Assembly (NCBI RefSeq): GCF_009914755.1
Contig: NC_060934.1
DNA from: the human T2T-CHM13v2.0 reference genome, Homo sapiens
Length of the DNA stretch: 64,000 nt
Reading direction: 5' to 3' (one strand)
Positions 28,561 to 42,705 of this stretch are shown one piece after another (the first letter of the stretch is position 1; each line of letters starts with the position of its first letter). The notes under the pieces were generated by a model. The model worked only from the letters and a program-made list of their open reading frames with translations, was not told the DNA's origin and did not search any database. A program made the position numbers and the translations under genes.

Positions 28561-29481
28561 TCCTCTTCAACTCTGCCCTCTCCTACCTCTATAGCACTCT
28601 TCACTGGGCAAACAGAGTGGCACAAGCAAGCCAAGTATCTGAGGCAAATAAAACATTGTATATAACGTAGGTATTACATACACATGGTATTAGAATTCAA
28701 GCCAAGTGAAATAGTCTTATGTTTTGATAGAGCACTGAACTGTTCAACTCAGAAAATTGGACGATGGATGATGAACAGCACCAGAGAGTTGATTCCCATT
28801 ACATTTCCCAAAGGCAAAGGTGCTTGGGGGAATTTCTCTGAATAAATATGCCATTCTGCATATTTTAAAAGTACATTTAATCTCTTCTAGTAATTAGTCT
28901 GCAGATGTGTATTTCAGGATTGAGTGAGTAAATTAGTTTAAAGAGTTTGCTAATTTTTGTAGAGAACCAAGGCCAAATCTGTTATTTCCTGAGGTTGAAA
29001 TATAACACAGGCACTGAAACATTTTTGTAGTTCAAAATAAAGAATGTTGGGTGAATAGTTTAGGAGAAGTATACTTGCAAAGATAAACTGATTTTTTTTT
29101 CCATGAGGACAGTACTTCTTTAAATATATTACAGTTAGGGGAAGAGAGTTCCTTCTCAGCTTGTTTCCCCTAGAGTGTTCCCTTCTCTTTGACTGAAAAG
29201 AGCAATCCCTTGTTTCCTAAGCCTGACACCTAAGACTAATTGTGGACATGTCACTTTTCCTCTCCTTGAATTTCTGCTCCATTACTTGCCTAGATCTTAC
29301 TTCCTAATGTTCAAATTCAACCACTTTTCTATTAATATATCTTTACTGCCATCACCCTAATTCAAAATCCCACTACCATTGGCCCAAGCTTCTGTGTTCC
29401 TGAATGTGTTCCCATTGAGAATTCCATCTTTTTAAAACACAAATTGAACAGTGTAATGCCATATGTAAAACCTGATGGTAG

Positions 29482-29645
29482 TGTACTACTACTTTATTGA
29501 TGTTGTAATGAATTACCACAAATTTAATGGCTTAAAACTACACAAGCTTATTATCTCAGTTTTTGTAGGTCAGAAGTCTGGAAGAGCTCAGCTAAGTTCT
29601 TTTCTGCAGGGTTTCTCTAGACTGAAACTAACACATTGGCAGAGT
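29482..29645 (-). mobile_element. MLT1E/F LTR fragment
   Basis: AATTACCACAAATTTAATGGCTTAAAACTACACAAGCTTATTATCTCAGTTTTTGTAGGTCAGAAGTC. Confidence 0.8.
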
Positions 29646-29949
29646 TAGAAGATGCTTACAGTTATCTGGATAAAAAACGTGATAGTGGTTTGAGCTAGTG
29701 TGGGAACAGTAGTATAAAGTAAAGTTGAGGATTATTTTACAGGAGAATATAGAACTCTCTGGGACTTATAACAAGAATAGTATTCATTACAGGTAAACTA
29801 GGCAACCAAACAATTTGCTTGGTTTCCAAAAAACGTAAGTATGATTTGACAAGAATCAAACGTGTCTTGTTTCCTATGGAATATGATATATCTTTTCACT
29901 TTGCAAATGTCCCAGCACTTTTCTGATTTCTCTATATACAGTGTACAAT

Positions 29950-30778
29950 CCAGTCATTCTGAACCTTTCACCATTCCTTGAAGAAATGGATAAAGTGAAT
30001 GATCCATAATTTATGCCTGGTGTTTCCAGTGCCTAGAGCGTAAACTTCTCTGCATGGAAAAATCATGAAAGAGCCAGCTCAAACGTCACCTCCTCCATTA
30101 ATCTTTCCCTTACTAGCCCCACAAACAATGCATTTATTTCCATTTAAGGGCCCCCAAGGCACTCTGCTCATACTGCTATCACGTGACTTGTAATTTACAG
30201 TTGATATAGGGTTGAGTTGTGTTGTGTACTTCTGTGCTTCTCCATTGTAATAGTCAAGGTTATTTTGAGAAACAGACCTGTAGGATGGATGGATAGATAG
30301 AGACACAGATAAAGGAATTGAATACAAGGAATTGGGTAGCACAATTATGGAGGGTGAGTCCATGATCTGCCATCTGCAAGCTGGAGCCCCAGGACACCTG
30401 GTGGTGTATTTTCAGTCTGAGTGTAAGAGAAGATCAATATTCTAATGAAAAGGTAGGCAAGGGAGAGAGAATTTTTTTTTACCCAGACTTTTGTTCTATT
30501 CAGGCCTCCAACACACTGGATGAGGCTAACCCATGTTGGGAGGGCAATCTGGTATACTCAGTTCACCAATTCAAATACTATTCTCTTCCAAAGGCTTTCT
30601 CACAGACACACCTAGAATAACGTTTAAGCAAGTATCTGGGCATCCCACATCCCAGACACATAACTGATGTCCACTGACACCATGATTTTCACATTAGGAA
30701 TAATGTTCTACGTATTTTTCCATTCCCTGGCAGTGTCAGGTATATAGGAGGAGCTCAGGAAATGCTTGTTAAATAAAC
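29950..30778 (+). mobile_element. L2 3' end (host of MLT2)
   Basis: CAGCTCAAACGTCACCTCCTCC...GGCAGTGTCAGGTATATAGGAGGAGCTCAGGAAATGCTTGTTAAAT. Confidence 0.6.
30247..30685 (-). mobile_element. MLT2 (ERVL) LTR
   Basis: GAGAAACAGACCTGTAGGA...ATCTGCCATCTGCAAGCTGGAG...TTGTTCTATTCAGGCC...GGAGGGCAATCTG...CTCACAGACACACCTAGAATAA. Confidence 0.88.
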
Positions 30779-31207
30779 CAAAACATTTTGTTAATATTCT
30801 AAGTACCCCAGCCTTTTGGGTAAGAAAAAACATACCATAAAAAACAAATAAAGTAAGAACATTATTCTAGCACTGATCCACTTGGTAGTTTGATGGCTAT
30901 GCATGCACCACACACAACTGACAAACTTAAAGATAAGCAAAGAGACCAGCTATTTCATTTTACAGCATTCATTTGTGGAGTAATAAATGAAATCTTGGTT
31001 AAGCAAAGATATATTAACACGCATGGTAACCACATGTGGGTTGAATGTCAGCTCTTTCAACAGTCTAGCCTTGTTTTGTCCTATCTGGAATGGTAAGATC
31101 CTGGTAGGCAGAACCCCTTCAAAGCGTCCTAGAATCCCTCACCAGTTTTAGTTAAGCTCTCTTTTAGTTGGCTCTTTAAATGGAACTCCTGAGAAAATAA
31201 TAAACTT

Positions 31208-31305
31208 CTGTATTCTTATTCTTGTTCTTGTTATTCTTATTCTCTCCTTCCTTTTCCTTCTTCTTCTTGTTCTTCTCCTCTCTTCCTGTCCTTCTCTCTC
31301 TCTTG
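31208..31305. repeat. Pyrimidine-rich low-complexity tract
   Basis: (TTCTT[A/G])n grading into CT-rich sequence. Confidence 0.8.
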
Positions 31306-33706
31306 TTTATAGAGATGATTATTATAGAGTGTTATGTCAACTAAGTAAATCATAGCAGAAAAAATTCAAAACCCTTTAGAAATTAACCATTACCCAGTGA
31401 TCCATTTTGTGCAGTCTAAATACTCTAAGGAAGGTGTTTTCCAAACTGCAATAACCCTGTTTAACCAAAACTGGCATTTCTAGGTTTGATGTACAGTGGA
31501 GCAATTGGAGTGCATTATGATCCTAAGATTTAGGGACATAATTATAATATGTAGTAGACATTGATAGTATAAATAAAGTGGAAACTGAGCTAAAATTTAT
31601 GAACTGAATATTAATATGTTAATACACTGCTATATAAAGAGAACTGCCAGCCAAAACTGTATCGAGCCCTAAACAATGAGTTCCTGCATCCTCATACAGA
31701 CTTGTGGAGCAAAAATGTTATAATACTCTCATAAGGCCACATCAAAGTGTTATAGCTACAAAAGAGCTTTGCTTGAACATAAAGCATCAAGGTTTATTAT
31801 GCTGAGCAAATAATACTAATAAAACTTAAGAATAAATTGAATCTTGAAAAATTGATAGTTTTCCAGAAATACGTCTACCATATAGTGTGGAGAGGGAAAT
31901 TAGGTAACTACAACATCCTTACAGTGTACTGAGCTAGATGAAAATTTATTTCCTAATTGGAAAATAAAACTAATACTTTACCATAATGCATAGAACTATA
32001 GAACTGGAAGCTAGAAGGCGATTAGTAATAAATAGGTCCAAGTCCCACATTTCATAGATCAGGGCTCTGAGGGCTAGAATTAGAATAGTAGTCATTCTTT
32101 TATTTAGGAAAAATATCTAGTAAACTACAATAAGAATTAGTTCTATATTAAAAGTCCAACATTTTTATTCCTATCCTTTAAAATCACTTAAATACTACAT
32201 TTATTTTGCTCTTCTCGGAAAAGAATGGCCATTGTAACAAATTCAGGAATAAAATGTCGGTATACAGACACTCAAAGGATCCAAGACTCTATGCCTGACA
32301 GATTGTAGCACACTAAGTTTCACAGAACAGCCAGTGCAGAGGTTGTAGGTATTGGTCCGTTTGGGGCTGGATAACAGTTCAGAGAAATCTGGTCAATTGT
32401 CTGTTATGACCATCAAGACAAACAACTGGTCTATCAATAGGCTGAATATGTATTGTAGTTTTTACGCAATAGAAGAAATACATATAACAGCTGAAAAAAA
32501 TCACAAAGTCTATTCATGTCTTGTGTTCTTAAGGTGAAACTGCCCCCCTCCCAATACCTTAGTCAGACTTACCAAAGAAATCCGATTCCTTTGACTCTTT
32601 CTTATGGTTTTCCACCTGAATGCACAAGATGATGGGAGGCAAGAATTCATATTTAAACAAGTAATATTTAAGACCACAGAAGGCAAAAAAGCAGATTATT
32701 TATCTGTAATTGATCTGCCTTTAACTCATTTATACCTATGTGGGGATTCCCAGAAGTTAGTTCCCTGAAGACATGTTAGGGACTTATATATCTCTCACTA
32801 CCCACTCTTTCAGAATGTTATTACTGATGTAGATCAATGAATCCTTTCTTACTGTCTCCAAGTCCAGCATACATATCTCTTCTCTCTTTCTTCATCCTAG
32901 GTCTTTGCCAGGTATTTTTTCATTATTTAAGAATCTGAGAGAATGAAGATTCTGGAATATTTGTGGTGGGAGAAGACAAGAAATAATTATAAGCCCAAGC
33001 AATTGAACTTTTAAAGTTACCAAGAAAATTGCTTTAGCATGGGGCAGAGAACTATGCAGCCACAATGCCTATTTATATAAGTATTAATTGATGCCACATT
33101 TTCTCACAATGTTGCTTCATTGTAGAAACTTGCCCATCAGAAGCTACATGAAGACGACCCTTCTCATGGAGATAAAGCACCATGTAGTGCAATGATCCCC
33201 TAAATTGGTGAGGCTGAATTAGCCTTGGGGTGGGAAGGAGACCATCTAGATTGTCACATAAACACAATGAGAGAGAACTTTTTAAAATCCCTTGTTCCAA
33301 AAGAAAGACAAAGACTAGCTCAAACTCCTAAAAATAATCAATATCAATTTATAACAACAAGAATTAACAGAAAGCAAGATAATGAAAGCAGTATAGAATC
33401 TTGTCCCTTCTGTCATCATCTGACTAAATGCCAATAATGGATATGTAATAAAAGAAATACAGGGGAGATTCGAGCAAGATGACTGACTAGATGCAACAAG
33501 GTAGAACAGCTGCCACTGAGGGACTGAGAGGACTGGTGTACCCCTAACAGATCTTCGGAGGAAAGGCACTGAGAGTGGACAGAGGGAAGACATAGCAGCT
33601 GGGCTGAAGCAGGAGGAAGCTGGGAACCCTGCATGAGGCTACTAAGCACCAGGACCCACTTGTGGCCCAAAATGATTCCAGGCGAATGGGTGAGTTGAAC
33701 TGGTAA

Positions 33707-33866
33707 GGGGGAGGGATAGCATTAGGTGATACATGTAATGTAAATGATGAGTTAGGGGTGCAGCACACCAACATGGCACATGTATACATATGTAACAAAC
33801 CTGCACGTTGTGCATATGTACCCTAGAACTTGAAGTATAATAAAAAAATAAAAAATTAAAAAAAAA
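33707..33866 (+). mobile_element. L1PA4/5 3' tip (~160 bp) nested in the older L1 5'UTR
   Basis: GGGGGAGGGATAGCATTAGG...TAATGTAAATGATGAGTTA...CAGCACACCAACATGGC...CCCTAGAACTT plus A-tail. Confidence 0.9.
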
Positions 33867-34813
33867 GAAGTAACTAGCTCTCGCCACAGGCCTCTGGAAT
33901 GCAGGCAGGAGGATACCCCTCGACCACTATGGACACTTGAGTTGTCGGGGAGAGCTGCTTAGAGAAGTGTTCAGTTAGCAGACCAGCATGTGTGGAGCTC
34001 GGAGGTGTTTAGTGCAGGAGTGTTTGTAACAGAGCATGGCCAGCAATGCCCATCCTCCTGGGCTCAACTTGGTCCCAGAGGACACCGTTAGGGAACTGTA
34101 GGACCTGAACTGGGCAGGGTGGTCTTGCCTATCAGACAGGGCCAGTCCCACCTGAGCACCTTTTAGTCTGCTGGCCTCTCCTTGGGCCCCAGCCTGGCTG
34201 CACCTGCTTGCTGTGCAGCTTCATTTGCCCTGGGGGCCCACATTATAGCTTCTCCTATATTATAGACTGTATCTGACTGGCAGAGAGCTCCAACAGAAGT
34301 CCACGCACTCCCTGACTGCCCTATAGTTTCCCCCCAGCCCATGGCCACCCCCAACATCACTTTTCTGGCCTGTGAGTGCATGGGCAAATTTTGCCTTCTC
34401 TGACTGCCAGTGCACAGATATGTATGCACCCTGCCCTACCTCTCCTGCTGGCTGAGTGCACTCCACCCACCCTTCGCTGCCCTACTGGCATGCATTCTAA
34501 ACCTTAGCAGGCACAGAACCTACCAGCCCCACCCCCACCAGCACCCAGTTCTTGTGCAAACACTGCCACAAGAATGAAACTAGGCATGGAGAACAGTGGA
34601 CCTTCCCCCACCCTGAGCAATCACAAAGGGCTCACACAGACCTGTGCCCATCAGCACCTTGCCCCGTGTTAACAACACCACCAGCATGACTGTATGCACA
34701 GTTGCCAATGCTGACCCCTGTAGCCATGCTGACTCCACTGCTGCTGTGAATGTCTGCACAGAGGCAGACACCCTGGCACAGTCCATGATCATGCACCCTA
34801 CTGTGCTACCACC

Positions 34814-34835
34814 GCTGCTGCTGCTGCTGCTGCTG
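34814..34835 (+). repeat. (CTG)7 in the L1 5'UTR
   Basis: GCTGCTGCTGCTGCTGCTGCTG. Confidence 0.9.
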
Positions 34836-37800
34836 GCAGTGAAAACAAGGATGGATGCTGCCACTGCATTATGAAGTGCTTTGGTTGACACCACCCATCA
34901 GAGTGTAGTGGCCAGCAGTCCCAGAGCACTTTGGCCCCCTCAGTGCAGTGGCTTTCTAACCTTGAAGAGTCAAAGAACAAATTTGGGGACCAATACACCT
35001 CCCCTAGAGTTAGAGCACACAGTCCAGGAGTTAGGAGTTGAGTTTTGGGCCCCTAAAATCTTCCAGAAATGAAGGCAGTTGACTGAACCTACCAAATACC
35101 ACAGTCAAACCATCAAGGTAATTAAATAAGATAAAGGAAAAAGAATCCAAAGGACAGCAACTTGAAACATGGAAGGAATATCAGCCCACAAAGATGAGAA
35201 AGAACCAGCACAAGAACGCTGACAACTCAAAAAGCCAGAGTGCCTTCTTTCCTCCAAATGAATGCATTACCTTTCCAGCAGGGGTTCTGGACCAGGCTGA
35301 GATGGCTGAAATGACAAAAATAGAATTCACGACATGGAAAGAAATGATGATCATCTAGATGCAGGAGTACATTGAAACCCAATCCAAGAAAGTTAAGAAT
35401 CATAATAAAAAAAAAATAAAGGAGCTGACAGACAAAATAGCCAGTATAGAAAAGAACATGAGCAACCTGACAGAGCTGAAAAAATATACTACAGAAATTC
35501 ATACTGCAATCCCTAGTATTAGTAGCAGAATAGATCAAGTGGAAGAATGAGTCTCAGAGCTTGAAGACTGGCTTTCTGAAATAAGATAGTCAGACAGGAA
35601 TAGAGCAAAAAGAATAAAAAGGAACAAACGAAAGCTCCAAGAAATATGGGATTGTGTAATAAGATGAAATCTACAACTCATTGATGTCTCTGGAAGAGTT
35701 GGAAGAGTTGGGGAGAATGAAAGAAACTTGGAAAACATATTTTAGGATATCATCTGGGAGAACTTCCCTAGTGTAGCTAGGGAGGCCAACATTCAAATTC
35801 AGGAAATGCAGATAACCTAAGTAAGATATCTCACAAGAAGATATTCCCCAAGACATGTAATCATCAGATTCTCCAAGGTCAAAATGAAATAAAAAATATT
35901 AAAGGTAGCTAGAGGGAAAGGTCAGGTCACCTACAAAGGGAACCCATCAGACTAACAGCAGACTTATCAGCAGAAACCCTACAAGCCATAAGAGATTGGG
36001 GATAATATTTGACACTCTTAAAAAAAATAAATTCCAAGATTTTTATATCGGAACAAAGTAAGCTTTATAAGCAAAAAATAAATAAGATCCTTTTTAGACA
36101 AGCAAATGCTAAGGGGATTCATTATCACCAGATCTACCTTACAAGTGCTCCCAAAGAAAGCACTAAATATGGAAAAGAAAGACTATTACTAGTCACTACA
36201 AAAATACACTAAAGTAAACAGAAAAATGACACTATAAAGCAACCATGTAAACAAGTTTGCAAAATAACCAGCTAACATCATGATGTCAGGATCAAATTCA
36301 CAGATATTAATACTAACCTTGAATGTAAATGGGCTAAATGCCCCAATTAAAGGGGACAGAGTGGCAATATGGATAAAGAACCAAGACCCATTGGTATGCT
36401 GTCTTCAAGAGACCCATCTCACATGCAATGATACCCACGGGCTCAAGGAGATGGAGAAAAATGTACCAAGTAAATGGAAAACAGAAAAAAGGGGGGGTTG
36501 CAATCCTAATTTCAGACAAAATAGACTTTAAATTTACAAAGACCATAAAAAGACAAAGAAGGGTATTACATAATGGTAAAGGGTTTACTTCAAGAAGAAG
36601 ACCTAACTATCGTAAATATATATGCATCCAACACAGGAGCAGACAGAATCATAAAGCACACTCTTAGAGACTTTCAAGGAGACTTAGACTCCCATACAAT
36701 AAGAATGGGAGCATTCAACACCCCACGGAGAGTATTAGGCAGATCATCAAAGCAGAAAATTAACAAAGACATTCAGGACTTCAACTCAGCACTGGATCAA
36801 ATGGACCTAAAAGTCATCTACAGAACTTCCACCCCAAATCAACAGAATATACATTCTTCTGATCGCTACATGGTACGTATTTAAAAAGTGACCATATAAT
36901 CTGACATAAAACACTTCTCAGCAAATGCAAAAGAACTGAAATAACAACCACTCTCTTGGACTACAGTGCAATAAAATTAGAAATCAGGACTATAAAACTG
37001 CACAAAAATACACAATTACATGTAAATTGAATAACCTGCTCCAGAATGAGTTTTGGATAAATAATGAAATTAAAGTAGAAAACAAGCAGTTTTTTTAAAA
37101 ACTAATGAGAACAAAGATACAACATACCAGAATCTCTGGGTCACTGGTAAGGCCAAGTTAAGATCAAAATTTATAACAGTAAGCATCCACATCAAAACAT
37201 TGGAAAGATCTCAATTTTACAATCTAACATCACAACTAAAAGAGCTAGAGAACCAAGAACCAAGAGCAAACTAATATCAAAGGTATTAGAAAACAAGAAA
37301 TAACAAGAATCAGAGCTGAAAGGAAGGAGACTGAGACATGAAAATCCATTCAAATGATCAATGAATCCAGCAGTTGGTTTATTGAAAAAAATTAATAAAA
37401 AAGGTAGATCATTAGCTAAATGAATGAAGAAGAAAAGAAACAAAACCCAAAAAACACAATTGGAAATGACAAAGGGGATATTACCACTGACAGCACAGAA
37501 TGACAAATAACCATGTGAACACCTCTGTGCACACAAACTAGAACACCTAGAAGAAATGGATAAATTCCTGGAAACATACACTCTCCCAGGACTGAATGAA
37601 GAAGAATCCCTGTACAGCTCAATAATGAGTTCTGAAATTGAATCAGTAAATAATACCCTATAAACCAGAAAAAGCCCAAGACCAGAAAGATTCAGAGCCA
37701 AATTCTACCAAATGGTACCAGAACAGGTACCATTCCCACTATAACTATTTTAAAAAATTAAGAAGGAAGAACTCCTCCCTAATTCATTCTATGAGGCCAG

Positions 37801-40459
37801 CATCATCCCTATACCAAAACCTGCCAGAGATAAAATAAAAAAAGGAAACTTCAGGCCAATATCCTTAATGAACATCAAGTGTAAAAATCCTCAATAAAAT
37901 ACTGGCAAACTGAATCCAGCAGCACATCAAAAAGCTAATCCATCACAATCAAGTAGGCTTTATCCCTGGAATGCAAAACTGGTTTAACATCCACAGATTA
38001 ATACATATGATTCATCACATAAACAGAACTAAAGACAAAAACCACATGATTATCTTAATAGAGGCAGAAAAGACTTTCAATAAAATTCAACACCCCTTCA
38101 TGTTAAAAACTTTCAATAAACTAAATATTAAAGAAACATACCTCAGAATAAGAGCCATCTATGACAAACTCACACAAACCCACAGCCAACATCGTATGGA
38201 ATGTGCAAAAGCTGGAGGCATTCCCTTTGAAAATCAACAGAAGACAAGGAAGTCCTCTGTCACCACTCCTATTCAACATATTATTGGAAGTCCTGGTCAG
38301 AGCAATCAGGCAAGAGAAAGAAATAAAAGGCATCCAAATAGCAAGAGAGGATGTCAAACTATCCCTTTTTGCAGATGATGTGATTCTATATCTAGAAAAC
38401 CCTATAATCTTGGCCCAAAAACTCCTTCAGCTGATAAACAACTTCAGTAAAGTTCCAGGGTATAAAATCAATGTGCAAAAATCACTAGCATCCCTATTCA
38501 CCAACAACAGTCAAGCCGAGAGCCAAATCAGGAACACTCTCTCATTCATAATTGTTACGATAAGAATAAAATACCTAGGAATACAGCTAACCAGGGAAGT
38601 GAATGATCTTTACAAGGAGAATTACAAAACATTGCTCAAAGAATCAGAGATAACATAAACAAATGTAAAAACATTCCACACTTACAAATAAGAAGAATCA
38701 GTATCATTAGAATGGCCATATTGCCCAAAGCAATTTATAGATTCAATGCTATTTCTATCAAACTACCAATGACATTCATCAAAGAACTGGGAAAAGCTAT
38801 TTCAAAATTTATATGAAACCAAAAAAGAGCCCAAATAGCCAAGACAATTTTAAGTAAAAAGAACAAAGTTGGAGGCATCATCCTACCTAACTTGAAACTA
38901 TGCTACAAGGCTACAGTAACCAAAACAGCATGGTACTGGCACAAAAGCAGACATATAAACCAATGGAAAAGAACAGAGAGTCCACAAATAAGGCTGCACA
39001 CCCACAGCCATCTGATCTTTGACAAACTCACTAAAACAAGCAATGTGGAGAGGACTTCCTATTCAATAATTGGTGCTGGGATAGTTAGCTAGCCATATGC
39101 AGAAGATTGAAGCTGGGCCACTTCCTTATACCATATAAAAAAGTCAACTCAAGAAGGATTAAAGAGTTAAATGTAAAACCCAATAATATGAAGGCCCTAA
39201 AATACAACCTAGGCAATACCATTCTAGACATGGGCAAAGATTTCATGAAAAAGATGCCAAAAGCAATTGTGACAAAGCAAAAATTGACAAATGGGATCTA
39301 GTTAAACTGAAGTGCTTCTATACAGCAAAGTAAACTATCAACAGAGTAAACAGAAAATCTATAAAATGAGAGAAAATATTTGTAAACTATGCATCTGACA
39401 AAAATCTAACATCCAGCATCTCTAAGGAACTTAAATAATTTTACAAGAAAACAATCTTATTACAAAGTGGGCAAAGGACATGAACACTTTTCAAAGAAAC
39501 ACATACATGTGGCCAGCAATCATATGAAAAAAAACTCAACATCACTGAACATTAGGAAAATGCAAATCAAAATCACAGTGAGATACCATCTGACATCAAT
39601 CACAATGGTTATTAAAAAGTCATAAAATAGGTGCTGGCGAGGTTGTGGAGGAAAATGGAACCCTTATACACTGTTGGTGGGAGTGTAAATTTGTTCACCC
39701 ATTGTAAAAAAATAATGTGGTGATTCCTCAGAAGCCTAAAATCAGAACTACCATTTGACTCCACAATCTCATTCCTGGGTATATACCCAAAGGAATATAA
39801 ATCACTCTATCATAAAAACACATGCATACATACGTTTATTGCAGTACTATTCACAATAGCAAAGACATGGACTCAACCTAAATGCCTGTCAATGGTAGAC
39901 TGGATAAAGAAAATATGGTACATATACACCATGGCATACTATGTAGCCATAAGAAAGAACCAGATCAAGTCCTCTGCAGGAACGTGGACGGAGCTGGAGG
40001 TCATTTTCCTTAGTAAACTAACCCAGGGACAAAAAACCAAATACTGCCTGTTCTCACTTATGTGAGAGCTAAATAAATGAGAACACATGGACACATAGAA
40101 GGCAACAACAAACATCAGAGGGTGAAGCATGGTGGGAGGGAGAAGATCAGCAAAAATAACTAATGGGTATTAAGCTTAATATCTGGATGACAAAATAATC
40201 TGTACAACAAACTCCATGATGTGAGTTTACTTGTTTAACAAACCTGCACATGTACTCCTGAAGTTAAAATAAAAGTTAATAAAAATAAAAAGAGAAAACA
40301 TTCCTCATCTAAGAAAAAGGAATACAGGAGAGATCCATAAAAGTTTGGAGGTATACATGTGTATGAGAGGGTCTGCATTATTGGTTACCAGAGAAAGTAT
40401 GAGGTCAATAGCTTTACATATACTGCCTACACTTTTGGGCGAGGGTAACATCTAAGTAA

Positions 40460-40680
40460 CAATAGCAGCTTTCACTTACCTAGCATGTTCTATACTATGT
40501 GCTGTTCTAACTCCTTTATATCTATATCAACTAATTCAATCATCAAGACATATGTGTAGAATTACTATTCTGACCTTACTAATAATGGAATGGAGAGAAA
40601 GAGAGTTTGTGTACTCCCTCAAGGCCACAAAGCTAGTAAATGGAGAAGTTGGAATTTGACAGAAAGGTTATGCTGTCATT
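40460..40680 (-). mobile_element. MIR
   Basis: AATAGCAGCTTTCACTTACCTAGC...CTATGTGCTG...CAAGGCCACAAAGCTAGTAAATGG. Confidence 0.65.
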
Positions 40681-42331
40681 GCCCTATGTTTGCATCTCTT
40701 AGAACACCATTCAGACAATGTCCCCTGTTATCTACAGTTCTATGTAAGGGAACACCAAAAGTTCCCATGGGTTTTTCAGTTGTGAATGTTTGCTGAGACT
40801 GAGGATCTATAGTCTTTCCAAGTACCACTGGAGTATTGGCAGGACAAATACCTGGTCGGTATGCCTCAGCATGACTTTACATGTTGAAACAGAAATCCTG
40901 GTTATTGACAGGAAAGTAGCAGCTGCTCTAGCCTCTGAGTGCCTTTCACTTCCCAGTCCCCACTCTTGCAGCACTCTGATAAGACTTCCCACAATGCATG
41001 AAATAGTGTGCTAACACTGACATAACCAGGGCCTCTAAGACCCTATTCCACTTTTCTGGCCAGCATCTGTTCTGATTGCCAGTAGCTGCACCATACCAGT
41101 TGGAGTAAATTTTGAATATACGTCTGGATATGAGACAAACAGAGGTTTTGGGAAGAGTCCTGTGATGGACATCCTATATTGGGCCATAATGAACTTTCAT
41201 CTCAATTTCTCAGAAGATCCCCCAAGTGGAGACAACTCTTTAGGAAATATATCTGCTCTTGAAGAACCTGCTATTATTCATTCATATCCACCAGTACCAA
41301 GTATTTCATGTGAGGTAAAAACATTAGTTGTGAGTTAACATGGTATACAGTATCAGCTGTCAGTCAATAACTTGCTCCAGTGCACCCAGCCCCAGAAACT
41401 AACCCTCTAGCTCTAGTTCTCACTGTTGTTACTGGCAGCAATGGCCACTTGATGGCTGGGGGAGATCCTTGGTCAGTTAGAAGGAAGGATCAGGTATGGA
41501 GAAGCACTGAACTAACACTGATTTATACTTTCCAAAGTTGATGGAGAGCCACCGGATTAGACCATATAACCTTATAGTTTTAAGAGTAAATTGTTTGGCA
41601 GAAGGCAGAGTGCTAACGGAAAGAAATAAAAATAGAGAAATTACATTTGTTTCATGTTCAAGAGTATAATTCTTGAAATAGTATTTCTCCACTCATATTA
41701 CAATATATTAAGACATATCAGAGGTGGAAGAAATAATGACAATGATTTAGGCTGACCTCTGACTCTCTAAAGCATTCTTAAAATGTGCCATCTAGTTGCA
41801 TTAGGTAATTTCATGAAGAGGAAATCAACATTTTACAAAGAAATACTAATGTTTAGAGACAGTTCAACACTGAATGGTCTTTCTTATATTTGCACAGTGC
41901 AGTGTAATTTGTAAAATACTTTCATCCACATTATCTCATTGTCTCATCATTACTGCCCTGCAAGGACTGAGGGTCATCTTTTAGGACATCTATTTCGATT
42001 TTCAGAACTTGGGAAATAATAGAAAATGTAGGCAATTAAATGAAGTTATTCTGACCTCAGTAGAGTAGTCTGAAAAACATAAAATGGAGCTTCTACTCAT
42101 TATTTTGTTTTCTTAAATCTCTCCCTTTTTAATAAAAGCAAGATGTAGCAAAACTTACTACTTACCACTACAAATTTAGTTAATCAAAGGCTCAATGAAG
42201 ATTTTTTTTTCTTACCAGCCATTATTGGTCTATGCCATCTCCCCTTCTCTTAATTCTATTTTTATTCATGCTTTGGACATTGATAATGACAAAAAAGGAA
42301 ACATTTGTCTTCCTAGCAGGCATACCCCCAT

Positions 42332-42343
42332 CACACACACACA

Positions 42344-42376
<33 letters not shown>

Positions 42377-42377
42377 C
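42332..42377. repeat. (CA)n microsatellite
   Basis: About 22 CA units with one TA interruption. Confidence 0.97.
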
Positions 42378-42595
42378 CCTTCCTCCACCTCATCTAACTA
42401 TTTAAAAACTATCAATTCCAACTACTTGAAATTTTAAAATATAGACATGTATTTGGTTTAACAATTGCCTTTTGGAAGCTAAAATACTTCCAAGTATGTC
42501 ATTAACCTTGATGTGAACTCTGATATTTAATCAAATTTTTTATTTCTATTTTTTGGTAGCAATTAATATTTTTTTGCAGAAATTATTGAACATTC

Positions 42596-42705
42596 TTTTT
42601 TGCTTTTATTATTATTTTTGATAGAGACATAATTGCACATATTAATGGGGTACAGCGTGATATCTTGATATATGTATACAATGTGTAATGGTCATATTCA
42701 GAGTA
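42596..42705 (-). mobile_element. L1MA 3' tip
   Basis: T-rich then ACATAATTGCACATATTAATGGGGTACAGCGTGATAT...TATACAATGTGTAATG. Confidence 0.75.

Larger units (their letters stand above)
33470..40314 (+). mobile_element. Full-length LINE-1, L1PA13-15-like, inactive
   Basis: 5' GCAAGATGACTGACTAGATGCA, long GC-rich 5'UTR, ORF1 from ~35194, ORF2 from 36280 (MMSGSNSQILILTLNVNGLNAPIK; LFADDVILY), 3'UTR AAAAATAACTAATGGGTATTAAGCTTAATA. 20-bp TSD at 33450-33469 and 40315-40334 (2 mismatches). Confidence 0.92.

Noticed and set aside
31313-31344. Exon after the long pyrimidine tract
   Set aside because: The tract is simple-repeat derived and the donor (TAA|GTAAAT) is weak.
34580-34998. Poly-Ser/Leu/Ala ORFs
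   Set aside because: Translations of a (CTG)7 run within an L1 5'UTR.
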